64,000 nucleotides of DNA. Source: an uncultured Gammaproteobacteria bacterium (GTDB taxonomy: Bacteria > Patescibacteriota > Microgenomatia > UBA10105 > UBA927). This document shows positions 10,130 through 19,895 of the stretch, one piece after another. The position numbers were made by a program, and so were the translations under genes. The DNA lies in assembly GCA_964527425.1 (NCBI GenBank), contig CAZGOA010000006.1, forward strand, positions 13,928 through 77,927. The letters are read 5' to 3'. A model generated the notes under the pieces. That model ran no database searches and was not told the DNA's origin. It saw only the letters and a list, made by a program, of their open reading frames with translations. Each line of letters starts with the position of its first letter. Within the stretch, counting starts at the first letter, position 1.

Positions 10130-10786
10130 TTATGGATTAATCGCTGATTCTATGGCGTTGGTAAGATCTTGAGCTGATCGCATGGTGATTTTCTGTCCAT
10201 TCAAAAAGAATGTAGGAGTTGAATTTACGCCAAAACGGTTGCCAGCGGCAATATCTTCAGCGATCATGTCTTTAATTTCTCTGCTTTCGAGATCTTGATT
10301 AAATGTTGTTTCATCTAATTCTAATTTTTTAACAATTTCTGAGAGAGTTTGATCAGATAAGTTGGTTTGGTTAGCAAATAACTCGTCATGCATTTCCCAA
10401 AACTTACCTTGTTTTGCAGCAGCCTGAGCAGCCTTGGCTGCTTTTTCAGCGTAGGCATGTTGAGGTAAAGGATAATGTCTGTATGCTACAGTAAGAGCAT
10501 CACCATATTGTGTTATCAAGCTGTCAACTAACGGTGCAAAAGCTTGACATGCTGGACATTGAAAATCAGAGAATTCTACTAAATAGGCTGAAGCAGAAGC
10601 GTTTCCTTTTATTTGAGTATGGGAAGCTATCATTTCTTCACGGGGATAGATTGTTTGATTAGCTGAGGATTGTTCTTGCCGTGAAAATAAAAATAATGCA
10701 CCTACGATTAACACCACGCTAATAACAATAATGCTTAAGAACAATTTAGTTTCGCCAGTTAGTTTCATGGTTTGAATGTATGACAC
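10130..10786 (-). CDS. Membrane-anchored DsbA-like thiol:disulfide oxidoreductase
   Basis: 218 aa. It has an N-terminal TM anchor and the active site CPAC in FSDFQCPACQAF. Confidence 0.8.
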   Translation of the reverse strand: MSYIQTMKLTGETKLFLSIIVISVVLIVGALFLFSRQEQSSANQTIYPREEMIASHTQIKGNASASAYLVEFSDFQCPACQAFAPLVDSLITQYGDALTVAYRHYPLPQHAYAEKAAKAAQAAAKQGKFWEMHDELFANQTNLSDQTLSEIVKKLELDETTFNQDLESREIKDMIAEDIAAGNRFGVNSTPTFFLNGQKITMRSAQDLTNAIESAINP

Positions 10787-10803
10787 TTTTTTGAGATTTA
10801 CAA

Positions 10804-11229
10804 CTATTTCTTAATCTTTTTTAAAAGCGCATCAAGTTGGTTTAAGGCATCTTCTTCTGTTTCAAATTCTATTCTACCTTCTATATGAGGTGCTCCAATA
10901 AGCATTCTGCTAATACGTCGGTTTTTTTCATAGAGAAGATACACAGGAATATTTCGTTCTCTGGCGTATTCAATTTCTATACCTGTACCTGTCGAGGGTT
11001 CGCCAACATAGGCAATCATTACTTCACTTTTTTCTAATTCATAGGTATCAATTTGGAATACCCTATCAGGTAAAACATCTGGATTTTCTTCTGGGTCTGT
11101 GCCGCGTTGAAATGCCCAGTAATACTCAAATCCGTTTGCTTGAGCTACTTGTGCTAGTTTTATGTAAAACGCTTTAGTTTGATCAGGATTAGTTAAATCG
11201 GTTAATGGTCCACCAAAAAAAATTCTCAT
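10804..11229 (-). CDS. Nucleoside 2-deoxyribosyltransferase-like protein
   Basis: 141 aa. The N-terminal FFGGPL and the central GTGIEIEYA match the NDT-family catalytic-Glu region. The assignment comes from motif memory only. Confidence 0.5.
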   Translation of the reverse strand: MRIFFGGPLTDLTNPDQTKAFYIKLAQVAQANGFEYYWAFQRGTDPEENPDVLPDRVFQIDTYELEKSEVMIAYVGEPSTGTGIEIEYARERNIPVYLLYEKNRRISRMLIGAPHIEGRIEFETEEDALNQLDALLKKIKK

Positions 11230-11363
11230 AGAATATATATTATATCTCTTTTACGAAATTTAGGAAGGTGGTATAGTGGCATAATCTCTGAGACATGCAT
11301 CACATATAATGGATATAGATTCTTTTTATAATGATGAGATCTTAAAGAATAAAGGAGGTCAAT

Positions 11364-11687
11364 ATGGCTGATAAAACTTTTACAGATCAAAATTTTGATG
11401 CGGAGGTACTAAAAGCTGAAAAACCAGTACTCGTTGATTTTTGGGCAGAATGGTGTACTCCTTGTTTAGTTCAGGGGCCTATTGTTGATGAAATTGCTAA
11501 AGAACTAGAAGGAAAAGCCGTAATTGGTAAACTTAACGTTGATGAAAACATGAATACAGCTCAAACCTATGGTGTTATGTCAATTCCAACTGTTATGATT
11601 TTTAAAGGTGGACAATTGGCAAAACAATTTGTTGGAGTTCAAAGTAAAGAAACATTGATGAACGAATTAAATAAACTAATTAATTAA
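11364..11687 (+). CDS. trxA: Thioredoxin
   Basis: 107 aa. The active site WCTPC sits in a classic thioredoxin context (FWAEWCTPC). A strong SD (aaaggagg) precedes it. The reductase gene follows 3 nt downstream. Confidence 0.9.
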   Translation: MADKTFTDQNFDAEVLKAEKPVLVDFWAEWCTPCLVQGPIVDEIAKELEGKAVIGKLNVDENMNTAQTYGVMSIPTVMIFKGGQLAKQFVGVQSKETLMNELNKLIN

Positions 11688-11690
11688 TAT

Positions 11691-12689
11691 ATGTACGATG
11701 TTATTATTATTGGATCAGGACCAGCGGGATTAACAGCTGGAATATACTGTCAGCGACTAGGATTGCAGCCTGTAATTATTGCAGGGAGGAAATGGGGCGG
11801 TCAGCTTCAACAAACTACAGAAGTAGAAAATTGGCCAGGAACACGTTCTATTATGGGTCCTGAGTTGATGAGTAACATGAAACATCACGCAGAAGATCTG
11901 GGTGTGCCAATTATAGAAACAATGGCAGTAGATCTAACAACATCATCGCCATTTACCGTTACGCTAGAGGATGGAAAAAAAATTGAAGGGAAATCGATCA
12001 TACTTGCCATGGGAGCTGATACAAAATGGTTGGAAGTGCCCAGCGAAGCACGTTTGCGAGGAAGAGGTGTATCCTCTTGCGCTCCTTGTGATGCGTTTTT
12101 CTTTAAAGGGAGACCAGTTGCCGTTGTTGGCGGAGGGGACAGTGCAATGGAAGAGGCTCAAGTTATAGCAAAAGTTTCCTCCGATGTGGTGTTAATTCAT
12201 AGAAGAGATGAGTTTAAAGCTCAACAGTCAATGATTGACAAAGTTAAAGAGAATAAAAATGTAAGGTTCTTGTACAACAGTAGGGTAATAGATGTACTCG
12301 GTGATAAAGTGCTTTCTGGAATACTGATTGAGACCGATAGTATTTCTCCAAAACAAGGTGTTTCTTCGTTTGATCAGTTAGTAAATGAATTTAATGGAGA
12401 AAAGAAAAGTAACAATCAATGGATATTACCCAGAAGCGGTATATTTGTTGCCATCGGTTTAGTTCCTAATACGCAATTTTTAAAACAATTTGATTTGGAT
12501 AGTCATGGATACATAAAAAGAATTGAAGAAAAAGATAAAGAGGGAAATATTCTCTATAGTATGAAAACAAAGTATAACGGTATTTTTACTGCAGGGGATA
12601 TACACGATAATCGATATAAACAAGCCATTACTGCAGCTGCTTTTGGTTGTATGTCGGCACTTGATGTAGCTAAATGGTTATCTGAATAA
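11691..12689 (+). CDS. trxB: Thioredoxin-disulfide reductase
   Basis: 332 aa. FAD-binding GSGPAG, redox-active CAPCD and the NADPH-binding GGGDSA motif are present. It lies immediately downstream of trxA. Confidence 0.85.
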   Translation: MYDVIIIGSGPAGLTAGIYCQRLGLQPVIIAGRKWGGQLQQTTEVENWPGTRSIMGPELMSNMKHHAEDLGVPIIETMAVDLTTSSPFTVTLEDGKKIEGKSIILAMGADTKWLEVPSEARLRGRGVSSCAPCDAFFFKGRPVAVVGGGDSAMEEAQVIAKVSSDVVLIHRRDEFKAQQSMIDKVKENKNVRFLYNSRVIDVLGDKVLSGILIETDSISPKQGVSSFDQLVNEFNGEKKSNNQWILPRSGIFVAIGLVPNTQFLKQFDLDSHGYIKRIEEKDKEGNILYSMKTKYNGIFTAGDIHDNRYKQAITAAAFGCMSALDVAKWLSE

Positions 12690-12697
12690 TAAACAGT

Positions 12698-13402
12698 ATG
12701 ATTAAACCCCAAAAATTCCAGGCAGTTATTTCTGAAAAAAAATGGATTGCCAAGAAAGTGATAGAAGTTCGTTTTTTGATGAAAAATCCATCTTCTATTG
12801 TATTTAACGCTGGTCAAACAGTAATGATTTATATTATGCCTGGCATCAATCGTTCCATGTCAATTGCGTCAACACCATTAAATTCACAAGAAATAACGAT
12901 TTGTTGGGATGTCTCACCAATGGGACCCGGTGCACATTGGCTGTTGGATCACAAAGTTGGAGATCCGGTAGAATTTATGGCACCGTTAGGTGTTTTTACG
13001 TATGATGAAGAACATAAACGCACATCCATTTTTATGGCTACAGGCACAGGGATTGCACCATTCCGGTCATTTTTAGACACGTATTTAGCACAGGGAAAAT
13101 TAGGTGAAACACATTTATATTGGGGATTGCGACATGAGGATGATATCTTTTGGAAAGACATATTTGAGTCGTATCAGCAGTCTTATGAGCAGTTTAAATT
13201 TACGCTTTCACTGTCTCAGCCAAGTACGGCATGGCAGGGACTTAAAGGACGTATTACGGAGCATGTATTTAAAGAACCAGTGAATAAAGATGCTGATTAT
13301 TATCTCTGTGGCAGTGGAGCTATGGTTGAAGAGACATATACAACATTGACTCAAGCTGGTGTTGCGACAGACCATATTAAAAGGGAGTTGTTTTTTAATT
13401 AA
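12698..13402 (+). CDS. FNR-like oxidoreductase (FAD/NAD(P)-binding, PyrK/ferredoxin-reductase type) without a ferredoxin domain
   Basis: 234 aa. The FAD-binding motif (RSMSIAST), the NAD-binding motif (ATGTGIAPFRSF) and a C-terminal CGSGAMV are present. Confidence 0.65.
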   Translation: MIKPQKFQAVISEKKWIAKKVIEVRFLMKNPSSIVFNAGQTVMIYIMPGINRSMSIASTPLNSQEITICWDVSPMGPGAHWLLDHKVGDPVEFMAPLGVFTYDEEHKRTSIFMATGTGIAPFRSFLDTYLAQGKLGETHLYWGLRHEDDIFWKDIFESYQQSYEQFKFTLSLSQPSTAWQGLKGRITEHVFKEPVNKDADYYLCGSGAMVEETYTTLTQAGVATDHIKRELFFN

Positions 13403-13403
13403 T

Positions 13404-14246
13404 ATGTATTGCGTATTTAACGGTAGACTAATGCCTGTAAATGAAGCTTCTTTATCAATTACTGATTTAGGAGTACTGAGAGGATATGGATTTTTTGATT
13501 ATCTGCGTACATATAACGGAATCCCTTTTTTATTGGACGAACATCTCGATAGACTTGAGCGCACATCTTCAATTTTGAATCTTGAAATACCATATAGTAG
13601 AAATCAAATAATTCAATGGATCAATGAATTGCTTGAAAAGAACGGATTTCAAGAATCTCATATCAAGATTGTTGTAACGGGTGGTCCAAGTAGCGATGGA
13701 ATGACCGTTGAGTCTCCAACTTTTTATATATTGATTACCCCAGTAACTCCAAATCCTTCCTCTTTGTATACAGACGGCATTACGGTGTTGATGCATGAGT
13801 ATTTACGACCCTTTCCCGAAGCTAAGAGTCTGAATTATCTTACCTCTCTGTCTCTCTGGAAAAAAAGAAAAGAAATGAATGCATATGAAGTATTGTATAC
13901 CCATAATGGAAATGTGCTAGAAGCATCAACAAGTAATGTTTTTTTGTTTAAAAATTCTGTACTTATAACACCGAAAGATACTATTTTGGCAGGAATAACG
14001 CGTGATGTTGTTTTGCGAATTGCAAATGATGTGCATACCGTTGAAGTTAGGGATGTAACAATCGATGAATTATTACATGCTGATGAAGTGTTCATAACTG
14101 CATCAAATAAAGAAGTTATGCCTGTTGTGAAAATAGAGAATCAGACTATTGGGAACGGTATTCCAGGTCAACAGACATTATATTTACTAGATTTATACAG
14201 GAAAGCAATTGAGGAATATAGCAAGAACCATGCTTCGATTGATTGA
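13404..14246 (+). CDS. Class IV aminotransferase (branched-chain or D-amino-acid aminotransferase family)
   Basis: The N-terminus MYCVFNGRLMPVNEASLSITDLGVLRGYGFFDY matches the class IV fold. The ORF-track start at 13359 overlaps the previous gene, so the ATG at 13404 is preferred. Confidence 0.75.
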   Translation: MYCVFNGRLMPVNEASLSITDLGVLRGYGFFDYLRTYNGIPFLLDEHLDRLERTSSILNLEIPYSRNQIIQWINELLEKNGFQESHIKIVVTGGPSSDGMTVESPTFYILITPVTPNPSSLYTDGITVLMHEYLRPFPEAKSLNYLTSLSLWKKRKEMNAYEVLYTHNGNVLEASTSNVFLFKNSVLITPKDTILAGITRDVVLRIANDVHTVEVRDVTIDELLHADEVFITASNKEVMPVVKIENQTIGNGIPGQQTLYLLDLYRKAIEEYSKNHASID

Positions 14247-14271
14247 GTTGTACTTCAATATCACGTATAAT
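14243..14271 (+). promoter_or_regulatory. Putative sigma-70 promoter for rpsA
   Basis: TTGAGT (14243-14248), a 17-nt spacer, then TATAAT (14266-14271), about 40 nt upstream of the rpsA start. Confidence 0.35.
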
Positions 14272-14308
14272 CACTACTATTCTTTACAGAAAGGCGGAAA
14301 GTAATTAA

Positions 14309-15466
14309 ATGGCACCAACCAAAAAAAATAAAAAACAACCTAAACCACAAGAAATGGAGGCTACTCCAGTAAAAAAGTTTGAGGGTGAACCAACGACTAT
14401 GGATGAGTTACTCTCTCAAACTGGATACACCCTTAAAGGATTTAAAAAAGGAGATACTGTTGAAGGGACTATTACCCGGGTTTCTGCTCGTGAAGTATTA
14501 ATTGATGTAGGCGGTAAAGCAGAAGGCGTTGTAATTGACCGGGAGCTTGAAGTATATAAAGAATTATTACTCGCATTATCGCTGGGTGATAAAGTCATAG
14601 CACAGGTGATTGTTCCTGAGAATGATAGAGGACAGGCAGTATTATCACTTCGAAAGTTTATTACTGAAAGACGTTGGAATCTATTAACAGAGCAACATAA
14701 GAATAACGAATCTGTAGAAGTTATTATTCGCGAACCAGTGCGTGGTGGATTATTGGTAGAATATGGGGGAATTCGCGGATATATTCCTAATTCACAGCTA
14801 GAAAGTGGCTTCCAAAAACAACTTGACAAGATGAATGGAAGAAAAATTCAAGTAAAGATCATGGAAGTAGATAAGGAAGGGAATCGTTTGGTCTTCTCTC
14901 ACCGGGCAGTTGCTGAAGCAGAAGCATTTGCCAAGCAAAAAGACTTATTGGAAGTACTCGAAGAAGGTGAAACCATTCAAGTTACGATAACAACAGTTGT
15001 TCCTTTTGGAGCATTTGCTAAATTTAAAGTTACCAAAGATGACAAAGAACATGAAATAGAAGGACTCATACATATTTCGGAAATTGCTTGGGAAAAAGTA
15101 GAAGATGCTTCTCAATATGTTAAGTCTGGTGATTCAATCAAGGTGAAAATTATTGGATTAGAGAAAGAAAGTGGGAAAGTAAATCTTTCTATTAAACAAT
15201 TATTACCAGATCCATGGGAGCATGTACTTGATATGTTTGAAAAAGACAGTCAGGTAGGTGGTACGGTTTCTCGTGTCACACCAATTGGTATTTTTGTTAC
15301 CTTAAGTCCTGGAGTCGAGGGATTAATTCATGTCAGTAAATTATCTCCTGGTGATGAGTATAAAGAAGGAGATGAAGTGAATTGTTTAGTTGAGAATGTA
15401 GAGCCTGAAAAGCGGAAAATTAGTCTGTCTATTGCCTTAACAGAGAAGCCAATCATGTACCGTTAA
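14309..15466 (+). CDS. rpsA: 30S ribosomal protein S1, short form with four S1 domains
   Basis: 385 aa. It contains repeated S1 OB-fold segments (GDTVEGTITRV..., GDKVIAQVI..., GETIQVTITTV..., GGTVSRVTPIG...). Confidence 0.8.
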   Translation: MAPTKKNKKQPKPQEMEATPVKKFEGEPTTMDELLSQTGYTLKGFKKGDTVEGTITRVSAREVLIDVGGKAEGVVIDRELEVYKELLLALSLGDKVIAQVIVPENDRGQAVLSLRKFITERRWNLLTEQHKNNESVEVIIREPVRGGLLVEYGGIRGYIPNSQLESGFQKQLDKMNGRKIQVKIMEVDKEGNRLVFSHRAVAEAEAFAKQKDLLEVLEEGETIQVTITTVVPFGAFAKFKVTKDDKEHEIEGLIHISEIAWEKVEDASQYVKSGDSIKVKIIGLEKESGKVNLSIKQLLPDPWEHVLDMFEKDSQVGGTVSRVTPIGIFVTLSPGVEGLIHVSKLSPGDEYKEGDEVNCLVENVEPEKRKISLSIALTEKPIMYR

Positions 15467-15468
15467 CG

Positions 15469-16803
15469 ATGGCTGTGAAACTTAAGTCTTTTTATATTTG
15501 TCAGCAATGTAGTCATGAAACTCCCCAGTGGTTAGGGAAGTGTCCTAATTGTGGGAGTTGGAATAGTCTGGTTGAAACGGTAAAAGACATTGGCAAGAAG
15601 AAAGGCGCTGAAGCTGTACGTAAAGAAGGAGCAATCCCACAAATACTGTCACAAGTTAGCCATATAGAAACAAAAAGACTTGTTACCAATATTGAGGAGT
15701 TTGATCGTGTAATGGGAGGCGGAATTGTTCCGGGGAGTGTTACATTATTAGCTGGAGATCCAGGTATAGGTAAGTCCACATTACTTCTTCATATAGTTTC
15801 AAAGATTGGTGGAATGTATATTGCTGGTGAAGAATCGGCAGAGCAAGTTAAGCTAAGAGCATCACGATTAGGTATAAAAGGTGATAATATTATTATTCTT
15901 CCAGAAACAAATGTTGAAGCAATAGTAGAAGCACTATCTGTTATTCAAACGAAAACAACTGATAACACGAATAAGCAAATGCCTCTTGTTATTGTTGATT
16001 CTATCCAAACATTAACCTCATCAGATTTAGAAGGTATGGCAGGTTCTGTCGGTCAAATACGATACACTGCCGAGAAATTAGTGGTATTTGCAAAAACGCA
16101 TCATATTCCAATGATTTTGATTGGCCATGTTACCAAAGAAGGCACGATTGCTGGTCCGAAAGTCCTTGAACATATGGTCGATACCGTATTGTATGTAGAA
16201 GGGGAACGGTTTGCGAGTGCACGTATACTTCGAACGCTTAAAAATAGATTTGGAGCTATTGAAGAAGTTGGATTGTTTGATATGCAAGAACAAGGGTTAA
16301 AGGAAATAACGAATCCATCTGCATTGTTCCTTCAAGATAGAGTTGAACATGTTTCAGGATCAGTTGTCAGCGTTACGATGGAAGGGACAAGACCTCTCTT
16401 AATTGAGATTCAAGGACTTGTAGTACCTAGTCAACTTGCAATTCCCAGAAGAGTTGCAAATGGATTCGACTATAATCGATTACAGTTGTTAATGGCGATA
16501 GTACAAAAAAGGCTTAATCTACCTATCGGCACGTTTGATATGTTTGTAAATGTAAGTGGTGGGTTAAAGGTAGAAGAACCTGCCGTGGATTTAGCAGTCT
16601 GCTTGGCAATAATATCGTCTTTTAAAAATAAAGCGTTAGACCCCAAAACAGCAGTATTTGGTGAAGTAGGATTATTAGGAGAATTACGCGCTACTGTAGG
16701 GGAGGAAAGGCGGATAAAAGAAGCAAAAAGATTAGGTTTTTCTCATATTATTAGTCCCAAAACAGCTAAAACATTAAAGGAAGCAACAAAGTGGTTATTA
16801 TGA
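15469..16803 (+). CDS. radA: DNA repair protein RadA/Sms
   Basis: 444 aa. The N-terminal C4 zinc finger (CQQCSHE...CPNCGSW), Walker A GDPGIGKST, the RadA-specific KNRFG motif and a Lon-like C-terminal domain are present. Confidence 0.92.
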   Translation: MAVKLKSFYICQQCSHETPQWLGKCPNCGSWNSLVETVKDIGKKKGAEAVRKEGAIPQILSQVSHIETKRLVTNIEEFDRVMGGGIVPGSVTLLAGDPGIGKSTLLLHIVSKIGGMYIAGEESAEQVKLRASRLGIKGDNIIILPETNVEAIVEALSVIQTKTTDNTNKQMPLVIVDSIQTLTSSDLEGMAGSVGQIRYTAEKLVVFAKTHHIPMILIGHVTKEGTIAGPKVLEHMVDTVLYVEGERFASARILRTLKNRFGAIEEVGLFDMQEQGLKEITNPSALFLQDRVEHVSGSVVSVTMEGTRPLLIEIQGLVVPSQLAIPRRVANGFDYNRLQLLMAIVQKRLNLPIGTFDMFVNVSGGLKVEEPAVDLAVCLAIISSFKNKALDPKTAVFGEVGLLGELRATVGEERRIKEAKRLGFSHIISPKTAKTLKEATKWLL

Positions 16804-16820
16804 CAGGATAAGTAGCGTGA

Positions 16821-17726
16821 GTGTGCTACAATGAAACCATGAAGTTATATATTCCGGGTAAAAAACGTTCAAAACCCGAAATTGAAAAAAAAGGTAGTAA
16901 GGAAAACCGAAAAGATAAAAAACAGGAACAAATAACAGCGTTGGTTAAAAAACCACCAGAAAAATCTGCTGAAAAAACAGAAGGCTTTGTGCGACCCAAC
17001 CCGGCAGAATTTGCTGCACTCGTTGCCAGAGAAATTGTAAAAAATTTGACTTCACTTAGGGTTATACGACCTTTTTCTAAAGATGTAGCGATTGAAGGGC
17101 TTTCAGATATTCCCGTCCCTGAAGGATTAAACTTAATGCTCGTTGATACAAGTGTTTTAATTGACGGGCGTATCCTCGCAGTTATTCAGAGTGGTTTTAT
17201 GGCAGGTACATTACTCGTACCACAGTTTGTGTTAGGTGAATTGCAGCATATTGCAGATTCCAGTGATAGTTTACGCAGAGCAAAAGGAAGACGGGGTTTA
17301 GATATTGTTCAAAAAATGACAGTTCAAAAAAACAATACACTAGTAGCTACCAAGATTATTAAGGATGATATTGAACAGGTGAAAGAAGTAGATCATAAGC
17401 TTGCTGCACTCGCTAAACAGTGGAAGACTAAATTAATTACTGTAGACTATAACCTTGCCCAATTAGCTCGTGCTCAAGGAGTTCCTGTGTTAAATCTGCA
17501 CGATTTAGCACAGGCTATTAAATTAGCTATACTTCCTGGTGAAGAACTGACAATAAAAATTACACATGAAGGTAAAGAAAGAGAACAGGGTGTAGGGTAT
17601 CTTTCAGACGGAACGATGGTTGTTGTTGATCAGGCAAAAGATAAAGTAGGTATAGAAGTTGTAATTATTGTTTCTCGAATTGTAAACACTCCAGCAGGGC
17701 AGTTATTCTTCGCACGACTTAAGTAA
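16821..17726 (+). CDS. PIN-domain and TRAM-domain protein (YacL-like)
   Basis: 301 aa. It has a K-rich N-terminus, a PIN core (LMLVDTSVLIDGR...) and a C-terminal TRAM-like beta barrel. The radA-PIN/TRAM synteny is conserved in Firmicute-like genomes. The true start may be the ATG at 16839. Confidence 0.7.
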   Translation: MCYNETMKLYIPGKKRSKPEIEKKGSKENRKDKKQEQITALVKKPPEKSAEKTEGFVRPNPAEFAALVAREIVKNLTSLRVIRPFSKDVAIEGLSDIPVPEGLNLMLVDTSVLIDGRILAVIQSGFMAGTLLVPQFVLGELQHIADSSDSLRRAKGRRGLDIVQKMTVQKNNTLVATKIIKDDIEQVKEVDHKLAALAKQWKTKLITVDYNLAQLARAQGVPVLNLHDLAQAIKLAILPGEELTIKITHEGKEREQGVGYLSDGTMVVVDQAKDKVGIEVVIIVSRIVNTPAGQLFFARLK

Positions 17727-17893
17727 AGGGAACGCTAACATCTTCTTTATAGTTATCAATAAGTTATCCACAAAAATGTATTGGATTTATTTATATTGAT
17801 TTAGCAGTCTATTTTTTAAAGAAAATACTATGAGATTTGCATTTTTGACAACATAAATTTATATGGGTTATTGACTTACATGCAGGAGAGTGG

Positions 17894-18085
17894 TTGAATA
17901 AAACTATGACTGTTCAATCGAAACATAAATTGTCTAAGCTTATACAATGGCTTCTAACTGGAGAAATTCAGGAAAGTAATATAAACCCTACAGATTCTGA
18001 AAATTACGAATTTAGAAGGCTTATGCGAGATCAGCTAAAGCAATTAAAAGATAAAGGAGTACCAATTAGAATTATGACTCTCTAA
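17894..18085 (+). CDS. Small hypothetical protein of 63 aa
   Basis: The ORF sits alone in an AT-rich region with poor SD spacing and no recognisable motif. Confidence 0.2.
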   Translation: MNKTMTVQSKHKLSKLIQWLLTGEIQESNINPTDSENYEFRRLMRDQLKQLKDKGVPIRIMTL

Positions 18086-18470
18086 TTGACTACAAAAAAA
18101 GCATCACTACCGCTAGCAATTGAGAGCGCCACGAGTAGTAATGCCTTTTGACCGTACTAAAATCTTTGAGCAGGAAATCAGTACTTGTGTAGCTACACTA
18201 CACAAAAGTAAATGATTCGTCAAATTTTTTTTTGAAGCAAAAAAATCAATTTAGTTTGATCTAATAGGTAAATCATATATCTACTTCTGTCGGATTGACT
18301 TTTATTTTCCTTGGAACTACAATTATTACTTAGTCAGGCTGTCTTTAAAGTATTGAGTATTGAGCGTATACAGAGATAACCTTGATGGGTACATTTAATA
18401 TTCAAATAAAATCTATATTGTATGGGGGATAGTATGTTGGGCAGGCGTGCTATCTCCCATAGAGTGTAGA

Positions 18471-19772
18471 TTACAGATCTTCTACGATTACTTCGGAAGC
18501 TTTAATTCCTAACTCAACAGCATAGTTTGTTCCTCTATCCCAAGGATATATTGAATCCATATTAGCAATATATATTCCCTTAACAGGGGTTTTTAGGGGA
18601 GGTGCTTTGGTTGAATATTGTTGTGTATGAACCGGCTGTGCAAATGGTGCTTTAAATAGATATGAATTAATAATAGATGTAGGATTAAATCCAGAGTTTA
18701 TGCGTTTTATATAGGGATAAAAATGTTTCCAGAGTTTTTCTTTTGAATATGAAAGATACGGGTGTGATGGCGGAAGGTAATTTCCAATATACGTAATATG
18801 GTGATTAGCATAGTGTTTCTTATCCATGTAGTTGGTATGGGATACAACCGCTAAAAAAGGAAATGATCTATCAGTAATGTTTAGCCAATATACCTTGTCC
18901 AAAAGTGGTTGTTTGCTTTCTATGATTAATACCTGTGCATGCAAATGAGGGATAGTAAGTGGTTTTTTGAAATAAGACTGAGGTATGAACGGCACTATAC
19001 GTTGTGCAATAGGAGTGGGAGTCGTAAGCAGCACACAGTTTGTGGTTAATGATTTAGATTGATTGAAGTGAACTGTAAAGGTTGGCATATCAGCATTTGT
19101 ACTTTTTTGAGGAGTTATCTCTTTTACTGTGGTGTCAGTAAGAATAGTCCCGCCAGCCTGGTGTATATGGGTATGCAAACGATCAACAAGGGTTTGAAAA
19201 CCACCTTCAATATAGGCTAATGAAGGTGTTCTTTTTTTTATACGCGACCATAACCAGGAGGCGGTAATATCTGATGCGTAGGTTCCAAATTTACCTGTCA
19301 TTAATGGTTCCCAAATAACCTTCCATCCAGCCATTCCTCCAATTGATTGTGCAAGCGATTTTGCCGTTACCTGTTCGAGCGGTTTCCAGAAAGGATTACT
19401 TTTCATGAGTGCGATGAATAATCCTGTTCGTATTCGATCGAGAGGTGATAGAGCAGGAAACTGGAGGAGTGAGGATGCAGAATCCAATTGATACATCTGA
19501 TTGTTCCACAACGTAGCTGTTATTGGTCTCTTAATTATTAGTTTGTTATCTAACTCAAGCGTATGGATTAAGGCAAGTATTGCAGTATCATTGGTAAAAA
19601 GATGATGATATGCAGATTCTAAATGCCATGCCCATTGTTTATGTTTAAATCCCTGAGCTAAGCCTCCTAAAAAAGATTCTTTCTCAAGAAGCGTTATCGT
19701 ATGACCCTTGTTTATTAAAGTATACGCTGCGGTTAATCCCGTAAATCCGCCTCCAATAATTGTGATATGCAT
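18471..19772 (-). CDS. FAD/NAD(P)-binding oxidoreductase (amine-oxidase/CrtI/PPOX-like Rossmann flavoenzyme)
   Basis: 433 aa. The N-terminal dinucleotide-binding motif is IIGGGFTGLTAAYTL...LLEKESFLGGL. It is divergent from the UbiA-family gene. A UDP-galactopyranose-mutase-like role cannot be excluded. Confidence 0.6.
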   Translation of the reverse strand: MHITIIGGGFTGLTAAYTLINKGHTITLLEKESFLGGLAQGFKHKQWAWHLESAYHHLFTNDTAILALIHTLELDNKLIIKRPITATLWNNQMYQLDSASSLLQFPALSPLDRIRTGLFIALMKSNPFWKPLEQVTAKSLAQSIGGMAGWKVIWEPLMTGKFGTYASDITASWLWSRIKKRTPSLAYIEGGFQTLVDRLHTHIHQAGGTILTDTTVKEITPQKSTNADMPTFTVHFNQSKSLTTNCVLLTTPTPIAQRIVPFIPQSYFKKPLTIPHLHAQVLIIESKQPLLDKVYWLNITDRSFPFLAVVSHTNYMDKKHYANHHITYIGNYLPPSHPYLSYSKEKLWKHFYPYIKRINSGFNPTSIINSYLFKAPFAQPVHTQQYSTKAPPLKTPVKGIYIANMDSIYPWDRGTNYAVELGIKASEVIVEDL

Positions 19773-19895
19773 GTTGATGAGTATACGTCACAGATAGAGA
19801 AAAAATCGAGTAGAAATATTGATGAAATGTCATTATTGGAACTTTTTTAATGAGAAAGAGCTATACTCATGATATGATTCGTCAAAAGGGAAGTC

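Noticed and set aside
9795-10172. 125-aa ORF antisense to the SDR gene
   Set aside because: It is antisense to a gene with clear SDR motifs and is S-rich low-complexity.
12698-13402. Considered the FNR-like protein as the missing E3 (RfbI) reductase of the dideoxy-sugar pathway
   Set aside because: It lacks the N-terminal [2Fe-2S] ferredoxin domain of E3. It is 45 kb from the CDP-sugar genes and sits in a trxA-trxB operon, so it is more likely a general redox partner.
13359-13403. Upstream extension of the class IV aminotransferase ORF (MLRQTILKGSCFLIN...)
   Set aside because: It overlaps the 3' end of the preceding gene in another frame. The conserved N-terminus of class IV aminotransferases begins at MYCVFNG (13404).
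17727-17893. Possible promoter (TTGACA at ~17844) for the 63-aa ORF
   Set aside because: The spacing to any -10-like hexamer is non-canonical and the downstream ORF itself is doubtful, so no feature was called.
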